From: Candidatus Latescibacterota bacterium
Lineage (GTDB): Bacteria > Latescibacterota > UBA2968 > UBA8231
Length of the DNA stretch: 64,000 nucleotides
Direction: 5' to 3'
Assembly (NCBI GenBank): GCA_965206595.1
Contig: OZ242214.1
Span: 1,600,001 to 1,664,000 of the forward strand
The position numbers and the translations under genes are program-made. Below the pieces are notes generated by a model that was not told the origin of the DNA, ran no database searches, and worked only from the letters and a program-made list of their open reading frames with translations. Of the stretch, positions 1 through 9,684 are shown one piece after another. The first letter of the stretch is position 1, and every line of letters starts with the position of its first letter.

Positions 1-794
1 CTCCCAGTGCCTGCAGGGCCCGGATTCCGCCGATTCCCAGAAGCATCTCCTGCCTTATGCGCATTTCGCGGTCGCGCCGTACAGAACCGCGGTGATTTCG
101 CGGTCGTGCGGTTCCTTGCGTTCGAGGTTGGTGTCGAGCAGGAAGAGGGGGACGCGGCCGACGTCGGCGCGCCATATCCGGGCGGCTACGAAACCGTGGG
201 GGTAGGGGACCTCGACGGTCAGGGCGGCCCCCGAGGAGTCGAGGACCGGTTGGACCGGAAGGCGATCGAAGTCGTTCTCGGGATAGGTCTCGAGCTGCCA
301 GCCGTCAGGGTTGAGCGTCTGCCGGAAGTACCCCTGGCGATACAGGAGGCCGACCCCGACCAGGGGGAGGCCGAGGTTGCTCGCCGACTTCAAGTGGTCC
401 CCGGCGAGCACCCCGAGGCCCCCCGAATAGATCGGCAGGGATCTGGCGATTCCGAATTCCAGCGAGAAATAGGCGATCTGCAAACCGTTCTCACCGCACG
501 TCTCGTCGAACCAGGTCTTTCTCGACACGTACTCCTCGAACTCGGGGTCAGTCTGGCGATGCGGGCCGTGAGTTCGCCGTTTGCCTCGGTCGCGGCCAGA
601 CGGTCCGGGCTCAACGAGGCGAGAAAGCGCAGGGGGTTGCGTCCCGACTCGAACCAGGCCTCGGGGTCGATGTCGAAGAACAGCTCGAGAACCTCCGTGC
701 TCCAGCTCCACCAGAGGTTGTAGCTGAGGTCCCACAGAGGGGCAAGCGGCGCCGGCAGATCGGGGATTACGTGAATGGTGGCAAGAGGTTTCAT
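1..794 (-). CDS. glgP: Alpha-glucan (glycogen/starch) phosphorylase, N-terminal part; runs off the window and is frameshifted twice as assembled
   Basis: ATG at 794 gives MKPLATIHVIPDLP..LSYNLWWSW. After a shift near 545 it continues AYFSLEFGIARSLPIYSGGLGVLAGDHLKSASNLGLPLVGVGLLYRQGYF. After a second shift near 75 it reads (LYG)GDREMRIRQEMLLGIGGIRAL. All are GlgP motifs. Confidence 0.93.
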
Positions 795-1030
795 CGCAGC
801 TTTCACGAGGGCGGTTCGGGTGTTTGCGGCAAGAAAGGGGCGGCCTTCGGTTTGTGTCAATTTTGCCGCCGCGGACAGTGCCGCTGCCGATTGCGGGTTA
901 TATTTTCCCCCGCCCACCCCACTGCCGGGGCAGCCCGTGACGAGGGCGCGTTCGACGTTCGCCAGGGGTTGCCTGCCTTCGGGCTAGCGAACGCGGCAGT
1001 CGGCTCCCTTGCCAGCGAAAGTGTGTTCCC

Positions 1031-2026
1031 ATGCCCGACCGTCCGGAAGTAATCCTCAGCGGTTTCGCCGACGAAGGCCCCGAAGACAAGAAGGCCGAGG
1101 CGCAGCTGACCATGCTGGCCGCCCTCGGGATGAGCTACTACAGCTTGCGCTGGATCGATGCCGGACAGGGGGTCAAGAACGTCATGCAGCTGACGCGCCC
1201 GGAGATCGGCAGCCTGCGGAAGCTGCACGCACGCTACGGAGTTCGCGTCTCCTCCATCGGCTCACCTATCGGCAAGGTGAAGCTCCTCGATCGCGAGGAC
1301 GGCTCGGGCAACCAGTACGTGCCGTTCCGCCGCTACCTGAAAGAAGACGTCGCCCGCGCCATCGATCTCGCCGAAGAGTTCGAGACCAGGCTGATAAGGG
1401 GATTCTCCTTCTACCATCCCCGCGGCGACGACCCTGCCGGGTACGTAGATGCCGCGGCCGAGAGGCTGGGGGAGATCGCCGCGCTCTGCCAGCGCCGCGG
1501 CGTCTTCTTCGGACTGGAGGTGGAAGCGAATCTCGTCGGGCAGTCCGGACATCTGCTGCGCGCCCTTCACCGCAAGGTGAAGAATCCCCACCTGTTGCTG
1601 ATCTTCGATGGCGGCAACCTGTCGAGTCAGAACCTGACCGCGGTCGAGACCTTCCAACAGTACCGGGCGATGCGAAACGGCATCGGCTGGCTGCACGTGA
1701 AGGACTACAAAATCGATCCCTCCCTGGAGTGGAAGGGGTTCGTCGACGAGGAGCGCCTGGAAAACTTCGTCCCCGCGGACCGCGGGGACTCGGGGCACGA
1801 GGCGATCCTGCTCGATTTCAGGAACCGCATCCCCGCTCTCGACAGAAAGCTCAGGCGCCTCGGGGTCCCAGGAGTCTTCCTCGACCTCGAGCCCCATCTC
1901 CGGGGTGGAGGGCAGTTCGGGGGTTACAGCGGCGTCGACGGGTTCGGCGTCGCCCTGCGCAGCCTTACGCGGCTTCTCGATTACGTCGGTATCGGCTACC
2001 GTCTGACTGCCTACGAAGATCTGTAG
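1031..2026 (+). CDS. Sugar phosphate isomerase/epimerase (xylose isomerase-like TIM barrel)
   Basis: LSGFADE start, SSIGSPIGK, and metal-ligand pattern LEVE...IFDGGN...LHVKD...LEPH. Confidence 0.8.
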   Translation: MPDRPEVILSGFADEGPEDKKAEAQLTMLAALGMSYYSLRWIDAGQGVKNVMQLTRPEIGSLRKLHARYGVRVSSIGSPIGKVKLLDREDGSGNQYVPFRRYLKEDVARAIDLAEEFETRLIRGFSFYHPRGDDPAGYVDAAAERLGEIAALCQRRGVFFGLEVEANLVGQSGHLLRALHRKVKNPHLLLIFDGGNLSSQNLTAVETFQQYRAMRNGIGWLHVKDYKIDPSLEWKGFVDEERLENFVPADRGDSGHEAILLDFRNRIPALDRKLRRLGVPGVFLDLEPHLRGGGQFGGYSGVDGFGVALRSLTRLLDYVGIGYRLTAYEDL

Positions 2027-2168
2027 CCCGCCGCAGGGGCCCCGCGCAGCCTGACGCGCGATTCTCGACTGCGCCGGATTTCAGCTCGCTGCCTTTGCCT
2101 GCGAACGCGGCAGCCCCACCAGTCCTGTCCGGGTATCGATCGGGACCTTTGCGACGGCCCTGCAGGCA

Positions 2169-3398
2169 CTAGCGCCCCGAGGCGAGCAGTTTCTCGTGCT
2201 CCCTGGCAAAGCCGCGGCTGCCGTCGTCCTCTATGACTTCCAGGCCGACGCCGCGCTCGAACCCTGGGATGCTGCCCTTGTAGAAGGCCTGCTGGTATTG
2301 CGATTCGTCGGTGAAATCCAGGGTGCGCCTGCCGCCACCGGCCCCTGGCCAGCTGATCCGCAGAATGCGCTTACGCTCCCGGTACTGGCTCGTCGGAATC
2401 GGCGCCCCGGGATCGACGCGATAGCGCTCGATGGCGGACTCGTCGACATCGACCCCCAGCCCGGGGGCGTCCGAAACTGCCGCGTACCCGTCGACGATCT
2501 TGAGACGTTCGCTCAGCAGGTCGTGCTCCCAGAGCTCGCTGCAGGTTATGTAGGGCAGTTGCGCGTGCGACAGGGTCGAGCCGAGCTGCACGGCGAAGGC
2601 GGTGGTCAGTCCGGTTCCGACCAGCTGCAGCCAGAACGGCTTGTTGAAGCTCGCCGCCAGGGCGTTCTGCGTCCGGCAACCGGAGATGCCCCCGCCGACG
2701 ACGAAGCCGTCGCTGCAGTGGGCGTGAAGCACCTCTTCGCGGAAGTGCTCGACGATCGGTTTGCGCACGCGCTCGCGCAGGATGCGGGCGCCGGTGGGGT
2801 CGTTGGCGAGGTAGAAGGGGCTTTCGTACATGCCGACGTTGGCTGCCTCGTCGAGGCGTTGCAGCATCACTTCAGCGCGCGCCGGATTGAGCAGAAAGCC
2901 GTTGAAATCGATATCGAACCTGTAATCCGCCGGCACCACCTCGCTCACGGTTTCCACCTGCTCGACGATGTCCCACCAGGGCCGCGCCTTCATCTTGAAG
3001 CAGGTGTATCCCCGGGCTACCGACTCCTTCGCCTCCAGGGTCCAGTCCGCCGGGGACATGTCGATGTCCCACCAGGAAACCGGGCAGCGGTCCCGGAGCC
3101 TGGTGCCGATCAGGGCGTGGGCAGGGGTTCCGGTGGCGCCGCCCACGGCATCGACCACCGCCATCTGCAGTCCCTGCCCAAGGCCGTCGTCCTGCATGAC
3201 CGCCAGCGGGTTGGCTCCGTTCAGGCGTCCGAGGTCGCCGCCGCCGCCGTCTCCGTAGCCGACGCTGCCGTCGTCGAGCTCCACCCGGTAGACGTGCACC
3301 CGCTCGTTATGGGTCAACGCCCTCTGCATGGCGCGGGTTACGTGTTCGGCATAGAATGGGATGTTGAGAACGATTTCTTCCGCTCGCGCGATTTTCAT
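2169..3398 (-). CDS. Mandelate racemase/muconate lactonizing enzyme family (enolase superfamily)
   Basis: Start trimmed to MKIARAEEIV; FKMKARPW (KxK), DIDFNG, YESP and C-terminal PGLGVDVD motifs. Confidence 0.85.
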   Translation of the reverse strand: MKIARAEEIVLNIPFYAEHVTRAMQRALTHNERVHVYRVELDDGSVGYGDGGGGDLGRLNGANPLAVMQDDGLGQGLQMAVVDAVGGATGTPAHALIGTRLRDRCPVSWWDIDMSPADWTLEAKESVARGYTCFKMKARPWWDIVEQVETVSEVVPADYRFDIDFNGFLLNPARAEVMLQRLDEAANVGMYESPFYLANDPTGARILRERVRKPIVEHFREEVLHAHCSDGFVVGGGISGCRTQNALAASFNKPFWLQLVGTGLTTAFAVQLGSTLSHAQLPYITCSELWEHDLLSERLKIVDGYAAVSDAPGLGVDVDESAIERYRVDPGAPIPTSQYRERKRILRISWPGAGGGRRTLDFTDESQYQQAFYKGSIPGFERGVGLEVIEDDGSRGFAREHEKLLASGR

Positions 3399-3417
3399 GA
3401 CTCGAAGCCTCTCTGGA

Positions 3418-4920
3418 ATGGTGCCGCAAGTGAGCCCCAAGTATACGGAGTTCCTGCGCCTCGCCCGAGAATTGACCGGTTTCGCCCACGCCCGCGCCCT
3501 GCTGAGCTGGGACCAGGAGACCTGCATGCCGCGGCGGGGCGCCGCTGAGCGGGCGCGCAGCATCGGCCTCCTCGCCGGGCTGTATCACGAGAAGCTGACC
3601 TCGGCTCCCCTCGTCGACCTCGTGGGAGAGCTGTCGGGGGATTCCCTCGAAGCGGACGCCGCAGCCAACCTGCGCCTGGTCGAGCGCGAGCAGGACCGGG
3701 CCCTGAAGATCCCGCGGCAGCTCGTCGTCGAGCTCTCGGAGACGCAGGCTCGCGCTCACGAGGCCTGGGTCGAGGCGCGGCAAAAATCCGAGTTCGGAAT
3801 GTTCGCCCCCTGGCTGACCCGGATTCTCGAGCTGCAGGGGATGGTCGCAGACTTGGTCGGGCACGAGGGCTCGATCTACAACGCCTTCCTTAACGAGTAC
3901 GAGCCGCAGGCGCGGGTCGAGGAGGTCGCGCCCCTGCTCGGAGAACTGCGCGACCGGCTGCTGCCTCTGGTCGAGGCGATCCTGGCAAAGGGGAGACCAA
4001 GGCCGGACCTGCTCGACCGCGATTTCCCGCCCGAAGCCCAGGAGGAGTTCGGGCGCGAGGTCCTGGCCGCTCTCGGTTTCGACCTGGAGGCGGGCAGGCT
4101 CGACGTCTCCGTTCACCCTTTCTGCTCCGCTCTGGCTCCGACCGACGTCCGCCTGACGACGCGCTACAGCTCCTGCGCCCTTGCCGAGTCCCTGTTCGGT
4201 ATCATCCACGAATGCGGCCACGGGCTGTACGAGCAGGGCCTGCCGCAGGAGGCGATGGGAACGCCCCTCTGCCAGGCCGTCTCCCTCGGCATCCACGAGT
4301 CGCAGTCGCGCCTGTGGGAGAACATGATCGGGCGCAGCCGCGAGTTCTGGGAGCATTACCTGCCGAAGCTGAAGAGCCGCTTCCCCCGGCAGCTCGAGGC
4401 CGTGGGACTCGAGCAGTTCTACGCCGCGGTCAATCACGTCGAGGCGACCCCTGTCCGGGTCGAGGCGGACGAGGTGACCTACAACCTGCACATCCTCCTC
4501 CGTTTCGAGCTGGAGCAGCAGCTGGTCGGCGGAGAGTTCGCCGTGGCCGAGCTGCCGGAGCGCTGGAACGACCGCATGGAAGATTTTCTCGGCATCCGTC
4601 CCGAAAACGACGCCGTCGGCGTGCTCCAGGACATCCACTGGTCTTCCGGAGCGATCGGTTATTTCCCGACCTACTCGCTGGGCAACCTGTACGCAGCCCA
4701 GTTCTTCGATTGCGCCCGCCGCCAGATGCCCGGCCTGATGCAGGACGTGCGCCGCGGGGAGTTCGCCGGACTGCTGGGCTGGCTGCGCGACAACATCCAT
4801 TCCCGGGGGTCCCGGCTCACCGCGGGGGAGCTGGTCGCAGAGGTCGCAGGCGAGCCACTGTCGACCGCTCCCCTGATCGCATACCTGGAAACCAAGTACG
4901 GGGAGCTGTACTCGCTCTGA
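3418..4920 (+). CDS. Carboxypeptidase, peptidase family M32 (Taq type)
   Basis: LLSWDQET, HPF, HECGHGLYEQG (HExxH), HESQS, RVEADEVTYNLH, GVLQDIHW, GYFPTYSLG; start at 3418 or GTG 3430. Confidence 0.93.
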   Translation: MVPQVSPKYTEFLRLARELTGFAHARALLSWDQETCMPRRGAAERARSIGLLAGLYHEKLTSAPLVDLVGELSGDSLEADAAANLRLVEREQDRALKIPRQLVVELSETQARAHEAWVEARQKSEFGMFAPWLTRILELQGMVADLVGHEGSIYNAFLNEYEPQARVEEVAPLLGELRDRLLPLVEAILAKGRPRPDLLDRDFPPEAQEEFGREVLAALGFDLEAGRLDVSVHPFCSALAPTDVRLTTRYSSCALAESLFGIIHECGHGLYEQGLPQEAMGTPLCQAVSLGIHESQSRLWENMIGRSREFWEHYLPKLKSRFPRQLEAVGLEQFYAAVNHVEATPVRVEADEVTYNLHILLRFELEQQLVGGEFAVAELPERWNDRMEDFLGIRPENDAVGVLQDIHWSSGAIGYFPTYSLGNLYAAQFFDCARRQMPGLMQDVRRGEFAGLLGWLRDNIHSRGSRLTAGELVAEVAGEPLSTAPLIAYLETKYGELYSL

Positions 4921-5128
4921 ACCGCGGGGCGGGCTGCTTTTTGCAGCAGAGAAGGGCAGCAGCCGGGCACCCCCTGTTCCGGTTGTAGCCTTACCCCCCG
5001 ATGCCGGGAGACTGCAGAGCGGCAAGCCCGGGCACGAGTGTCTCGGGACACTCAGGCTCCATGGTCCCCCTGGCGAGGCGTCGATTGCCCGGAGAGACCG
5101 GGGGCAAGCAGGAACCGGCAGCGACCGG

Positions 5129-6151
5129 TCACCCGATGACAGCTGAGAGCAGGCGCAGGTGGTTTCCGCCCAGAATGCCTGCCAGAGCCTCCTCTCCGTA
5201 CCGGCGCTCGACGAGTCCGGCGGTTATGCGCGGGAAATCCGCGGCGCTCTCCAGCAGTGTGCCGCCGCCGTCGAAATCCGACCCGAGCCCGACCGCACCG
5301 GAACCTGCCACGGAGACGGCGTGCTCGATGTGGTCGAGCAGGTGGGACAGGCCGGGGTTCTCCCCGGCGAGAAACTGGGGCACGAAGGTCAGGCCGACGA
5401 CGCCCCCCATTTCGCCGAGGGCGCGGAGCTGATCGTCGGTCAGGTTGCGCGGATGCCCGCAGAGCCTGCGGCAGCAGCTGTGGGAAGCAACCACCGGGTC
5501 GCTCGACAGCTCGAGAACGTCCCGGAACCCGGCGTCGTTCAGGTGCGACACGTCGATCAGCATACCGCACTGGTTCATCGCGGCGACCACCTCGCGGCCG
5601 AACCCGGTGAGGCCGCCGCCCCCGACAACCTCGCAGCCGTCCCCGGCGTGGGAGCGCGTGCTGTGGGTCAGTGTCATGGTGCGCACGCCGATGTCGTACA
5701 GGGAGTCGATGATCTGTACGCTGCGCTGCAGGGCGTCGCTGTTCTCCACGGCGAGCAGCGCGGCGATCCTGCCCCGTTCCCTGGCCGCGGTGATGGCCCC
5801 GGCGGTGAGGGCAAGCTCGATGTCGTCGCCGTGAGAGGCGATCTCCCGCTTGAGCCAGGCCAGCCCGTCGAGGGCGTAGAGGAGGTAATTGTCCCAGGCG
5901 TTGGTGACGTCGACGGCGAAAAAGGCGGCATCGATGCCGCCCTTGCGCATCCGGGGTATATCGACCTGCAACGGGGAGACGGCAGGGTCGATCTGCTCCC
6001 GCAGGTGGCGAATGGCGCCGCCGCTACGGCTGCGTTCAGCGGACGGCTCTCCCGCCAGTCCGATGTTGCCGCGGCGGATATGGCCGACGGTGCTGTCGTT
6101 GTGCGAATCCACGACGAGGCATTCTCGATGTATTTCACCGGCATCGATCAT
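5129..6151 (-). CDS. Membrane dipeptidase, peptidase family M19
   Basis: Start trimmed to MIDAGEIH; DSHND, LTH, IDVSH, ASHS, RNLTD, GLGSDFDG motifs. Confidence 0.9.
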   Translation of the reverse strand: MIDAGEIHRECLVVDSHNDSTVGHIRRGNIGLAGEPSAERSRSGGAIRHLREQIDPAVSPLQVDIPRMRKGGIDAAFFAVDVTNAWDNYLLYALDGLAWLKREIASHGDDIELALTAGAITAARERGRIAALLAVENSDALQRSVQIIDSLYDIGVRTMTLTHSTRSHAGDGCEVVGGGGLTGFGREVVAAMNQCGMLIDVSHLNDAGFRDVLELSSDPVVASHSCCRRLCGHPRNLTDDQLRALGEMGGVVGLTFVPQFLAGENPGLSHLLDHIEHAVSVAGSGAVGLGSDFDGGGTLLESAADFPRITAGLVERRYGEEALAGILGGNHLRLLSAVIG

Positions 6152-6165
6152 CTTTGGTCTCCCGG

Positions 6166-9066
6166 TCAACCTGCTTTTCTCGGTTGGTGGCGGAGTTTCT
6201 GCTTTCGTATCCCGACCCCGTCGACGTGGATCTCGCGGTCGCCCTTGTACTTGATCGCAACCAGCAGTCGCTGCGTGCCTGCGAGTGAAAAGCCGAGCCG
6301 GTACGCTTCGCCGGTGAACGGAATCGACAGCCAGGCAGGGGAGAATACCCCCTCGGCGACAGGGGTGGTGAACCCGGCAATCAGCTCGGGGCGAGTGCGG
6401 TTCTCCGAGAACCAGCGCCGGGCGGTCTGTTCGACTGCCTCGTAATCCGCGCTGCCCGCAGTGAAGACCGCGGCGAAAATCGGCTCCGCCCGGCGCTCGA
6501 ACAGCACCGGCAGCGTCGAGCCGCTGAGCCGCAGGTCGAGGAGGTAGCGCCCCTGGTCGAGAGGGTCCGTGGCGACCAGGACCATGTCGTCCGACCCCAG
6601 GCGGTGCTGCTCGTCGAAGACCTGAACCTCGTCGTCGTCGAGGTCCAGGCGAACCGGAAGCATGGTGAATACCAAGGGGCCCAGGGACAGCTCTCCGGCT
6701 CCTGAAAACAGGAACCAAGCGTATCCGATATGGGGCTTGTCAAGATAGAAATGGAATTTGAAAAGGCTCGTATCCTGCTCGGCCCCCATGAGCATGAACA
6801 GCCGCTGTTCCCAGTGCTGTGTGGCAGGAAGGACATCGCGATAGCTGACCACCGCGGTGTGTGGAGCCTTCCCGGTTCGGCCGCGCGACACCACCGGAAC
6901 CTCGGCCCGGTAAACCCCCGGATGCAGCATCGCCAAGCGGTACGAGGCCAGCAGGCCGGGGGGATCCGAAGGGCCATTTGCCGAGTAGCGGCCGTCCTGC
7001 TCGCTTCCGGTTTCGGTTTTGTAGAATCCAGCATGCAGAATCCGGGAGTACCGCCGGGAACTGATGCCGCCGCCTGCAACCTCCGTCAAAATTCCCATCA
7101 TAGGGGAGCCGTGCGTCCGGATTGAAGCACCTGCAGCGTCCGCATACCCCCAGGCGACCGGCACGAGAGCTGCGAGACCGGCGATAACGAGGCGGGCTTC
7201 GCGTCGCCGGAAGATTTCGCCAGCACCGAAAAGAATCAGCAGACCAAGCCAGAACGATATCGCGAGATACGGTATGCCTGTGATCCCGCCCTCGAAGAAA
7301 TGGATGGAGAACGGGTAAAAGGCGGCCATTTCCCGGAAGTCTAGGTGGTCCCCCTGATATGATCCCTCGGGAAACACGAGCGCGGAAGCAATGCTGTCCC
7401 AACTGACCGCCAGACCGAGCAGGTAGGCGGCGACGGCGACCGCGGACCTCGACAGGGCGGCGATTCCCGCAGCGAGGCAGGGGAGCAGGGCCGGCAGGGC
7501 GGTCACCAGGAATCTCGCGGGCGGGCAGAAACCGAATTCCCAGCTCGGATGGATGCCGTTCGTAACCGCGGTGGCCGTGTACAGAGCGGCGACCACCAAC
7601 AGGCGCCGGTCTCGGGCGCGGACCAGCGCCAGGATTCCGGCAACAGCGACGAGAAAAACGGGGGAGTTGTTGACCAGTCCCTTGGTGCGGTGCAGCCAGT
7701 GGCCGGGAAGAGAGACCAGCCAGGTCGCCGGCTCGAGGGCGTTCTCGTCCCAGGCGTTGCCGGGGCGGAAGGAGCCCATCCAGTCGCCGGTAAAAGCGAA
7801 GTGGAAGGCCAGGACTCCAGCAAGGGAGGCGCCGGCAGCGGCGATCACCCCCGCCATGACAGCCTTTCTCCTGGTGCTGAAGAAAGCCTGCAGGGAGACG
7901 AGCCCCCCCAGCAGCATGCCGAGGGGGGCGTAGCGCGGGTGCAGAAGGACCAGGCAGGACGGGATGAGGGCCAGGCACGGCAGCAGGACGGGCTCCGCGG
8001 GCAGGCGGGAGTAGCCTCTCCCCGGCTGGAGCCAGTGGCTGAACAGCACGAGAGAAAATAGCGTTGCCAGCAGGGCGGGGACTTCGGGGTAAAGCTGGGC
8101 GCTGTAGATAAAAAGCGGAATCGTGGTTGCGGCCGCGGCGACGCTGGACAGGGCGGCGAAGCGGGACAGTCCCAGGCGCACGAGCCACAGGTAGGCGAGC
8201 CCGCAGGATGTCGCGGTCAGCAGGTTCATGAACAGGATGCATGCCAGCCTGGGGTTGGCCCAGAGCTCCAGTCCGGTCCAATAGGCGGGAACGAGCAGGA
8301 GGGAGAGCCCGATCGGATGAACCGAGTGGATCTTTCCCGGCGGCGAGGCCGGGGCCTTGTGCACGGCGAACCGAAGGGAATGGTATTCCGTAACGTCGCT
8401 GTTGCTGAGGTTGTCGGTGAGATCGAAGTCGCCGTCGCGAAGCAGACTCTGGGTCACCCTCAGGTAATGCCCCTCGTCCCCGTGCAGCATGGTCATCTGT
8501 CCGATGTAGATGCCGTACGCCGCGTAGATCAGGAAGGCGATGCAGGCGACTGCCGCGGCGATGCCGGAGTCGGGCAGGGCCCGGATTCGTTGGCGGAAAC
8601 GGTTCGACCAGCTCTCGCCCGAGGCGTCCAGCCCCCTGGCTGCGGCGATGCAGCAAGCTCCCGCAAGCGCCCAGCCGGCATGCGGTGACCACAACAGGGT
8701 CAGCCAGGGAAACAGGTCGGTGACCGGGTTCCACAGGGCGAGGAGGCGGAGCAGGAGCAGGGTCAAGACGAGTCCCGCCGCGGGAAGGAGGGGATCGACA
8801 CCACGCGGACCGGACTTCGCCGAGCGCGTAGCAAGGAGGAGGGCGACCGCGGCGAGCGCGGTGAACAGCTGGCCCCCGAAGCCCCACTCCGGCTGCCAGC
8901 GCGGATCTTCGACCGCGGCCCGCAGGCGTTCGTGGGAGAAGGCGATCAGCACGTCGAAACTGTCGGCGACGAACCAGCCGGCGAGACCCGCGGCCAGCAA
9001 GGCCACGGCGGCAAGGGCCCGGCTGCGCCCGGACAGGGTGGGGACCTGCCATTCCGGAAGATTCAT
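6166..9066 (-). CDS. Large polytopic membrane protein, GT-C (ArnT/PMT-like) glycosyltransferase-like, with a soluble C-terminal domain
   Basis: Many hydrophobic segments; GDEGHYLRVTQSLLRDGDFDL loop, YPEVP and PARFL motifs; hydrophilic C-terminal third. Confidence 0.65.
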   Translation of the reverse strand: MNLPEWQVPTLSGRSRALAAVALLAAGLAGWFVADSFDVLIAFSHERLRAAVEDPRWQPEWGFGGQLFTALAAVALLLATRSAKSGPRGVDPLLPAAGLVLTLLLLRLLALWNPVTDLFPWLTLLWSPHAGWALAGACCIAAARGLDASGESWSNRFRQRIRALPDSGIAAAVACIAFLIYAAYGIYIGQMTMLHGDEGHYLRVTQSLLRDGDFDLTDNLSNSDVTEYHSLRFAVHKAPASPPGKIHSVHPIGLSLLLVPAYWTGLELWANPRLACILFMNLLTATSCGLAYLWLVRLGLSRFAALSSVAAAATTIPLFIYSAQLYPEVPALLATLFSLVLFSHWLQPGRGYSRLPAEPVLLPCLALIPSCLVLLHPRYAPLGMLLGGLVSLQAFFSTRRKAVMAGVIAAAGASLAGVLAFHFAFTGDWMGSFRPGNAWDENALEPATWLVSLPGHWLHRTKGLVNNSPVFLVAVAGILALVRARDRRLLVVAALYTATAVTNGIHPSWEFGFCPPARFLVTALPALLPCLAAGIAALSRSAVAVAAYLLGLAVSWDSIASALVFPEGSYQGDHLDFREMAAFYPFSIHFFEGGITGIPYLAISFWLGLLILFGAGEIFRRREARLVIAGLAALVPVAWGYADAAGASIRTHGSPMMGILTEVAGGGISSRRYSRILHAGFYKTETGSEQDGRYSANGPSDPPGLLASYRLAMLHPGVYRAEVPVVSRGRTGKAPHTAVVSYRDVLPATQHWEQRLFMLMGAEQDTSLFKFHFYLDKPHIGYAWFLFSGAGELSLGPLVFTMLPVRLDLDDDEVQVFDEQHRLGSDDMVLVATDPLDQGRYLLDLRLSGSTLPVLFERRAEPIFAAVFTAGSADYEAVEQTARRWFSENRTRPELIAGFTTPVAEGVFSPAWLSIPFTGEAYRLGFSLAGTQRLLVAIKYKGDREIHVDGVGIRKQKLRHQPRKAG

Positions 9067-9117
9067 TGCGCTTGCGGGAGCGGCGGTGTCCCCGCGGGAA
9101 TACGCGGGTTCAGGCGC

Positions 9118-9651
9118 TCAGCGGTCGCAGTCCAGGGCGATGCGGCTGCCGGTGGCCTTGTTCTGGAATTGATACTTGCCGCTGTAGGGGTTGGAGGTGG
9201 AGCGGTCGAGGCGGGCGAACACCAGCTGGCAGATGCGCCTGCCTCTACACAGCCGAATCGGCAGCCTGTTGGCGTTGAACAGCTCCAGGGTCAGGGTGCC
9301 GGAGAAACCGGGATCGACCCAGCCGGCATTCTGGATGAAGAGGCCGATGCGGCCGATGGAGCTGCGCCCCTCGACGAAGGCGGTCAGGTTGTCGGGCAGC
9401 CGGATGGACTCAAGGGTCGCCGCCAGCAGGAAGGAGTGCGGCGGAATCACGATTTCTTCCTGGTGCAGCTCCTGGTAGCTGATCTCCTGATCGAGCCGCA
9501 TTGCCTCCAGGCGGTTCTCGTCCACCTTGAGAAAGTGATCGCTGAGGCGAAGGTCGATGGAAGCGGGCTGAATCTGGTCCGGGGTGTGGGGATCGACCCC
9601 CAGCTCTCCGGTGGAGAGCAGGTCGCGAATGGCCGCGTCGGAAAGGATCAT
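9118..9651 (-). CDS. dcd: dCTP deaminase
   Basis: MILSD, QIQPASIDLRL, EGRSSIGRIG, AGWVDPGFSGTLTLEL, ICQLVF, YSGKYQ. Confidence 0.95.
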   Translation of the reverse strand: MILSDAAIRDLLSTGELGVDPHTPDQIQPASIDLRLSDHFLKVDENRLEAMRLDQEISYQELHQEEIVIPPHSFLLAATLESIRLPDNLTAFVEGRSSIGRIGLFIQNAGWVDPGFSGTLTLELFNANRLPIRLCRGRRICQLVFARLDRSTSNPYSGKYQFQNKATGSRIALDCDR

Positions 9652-9684
9652 CGCACCCGGCTGGAGAAGGGCAAGCGGGGCGCC

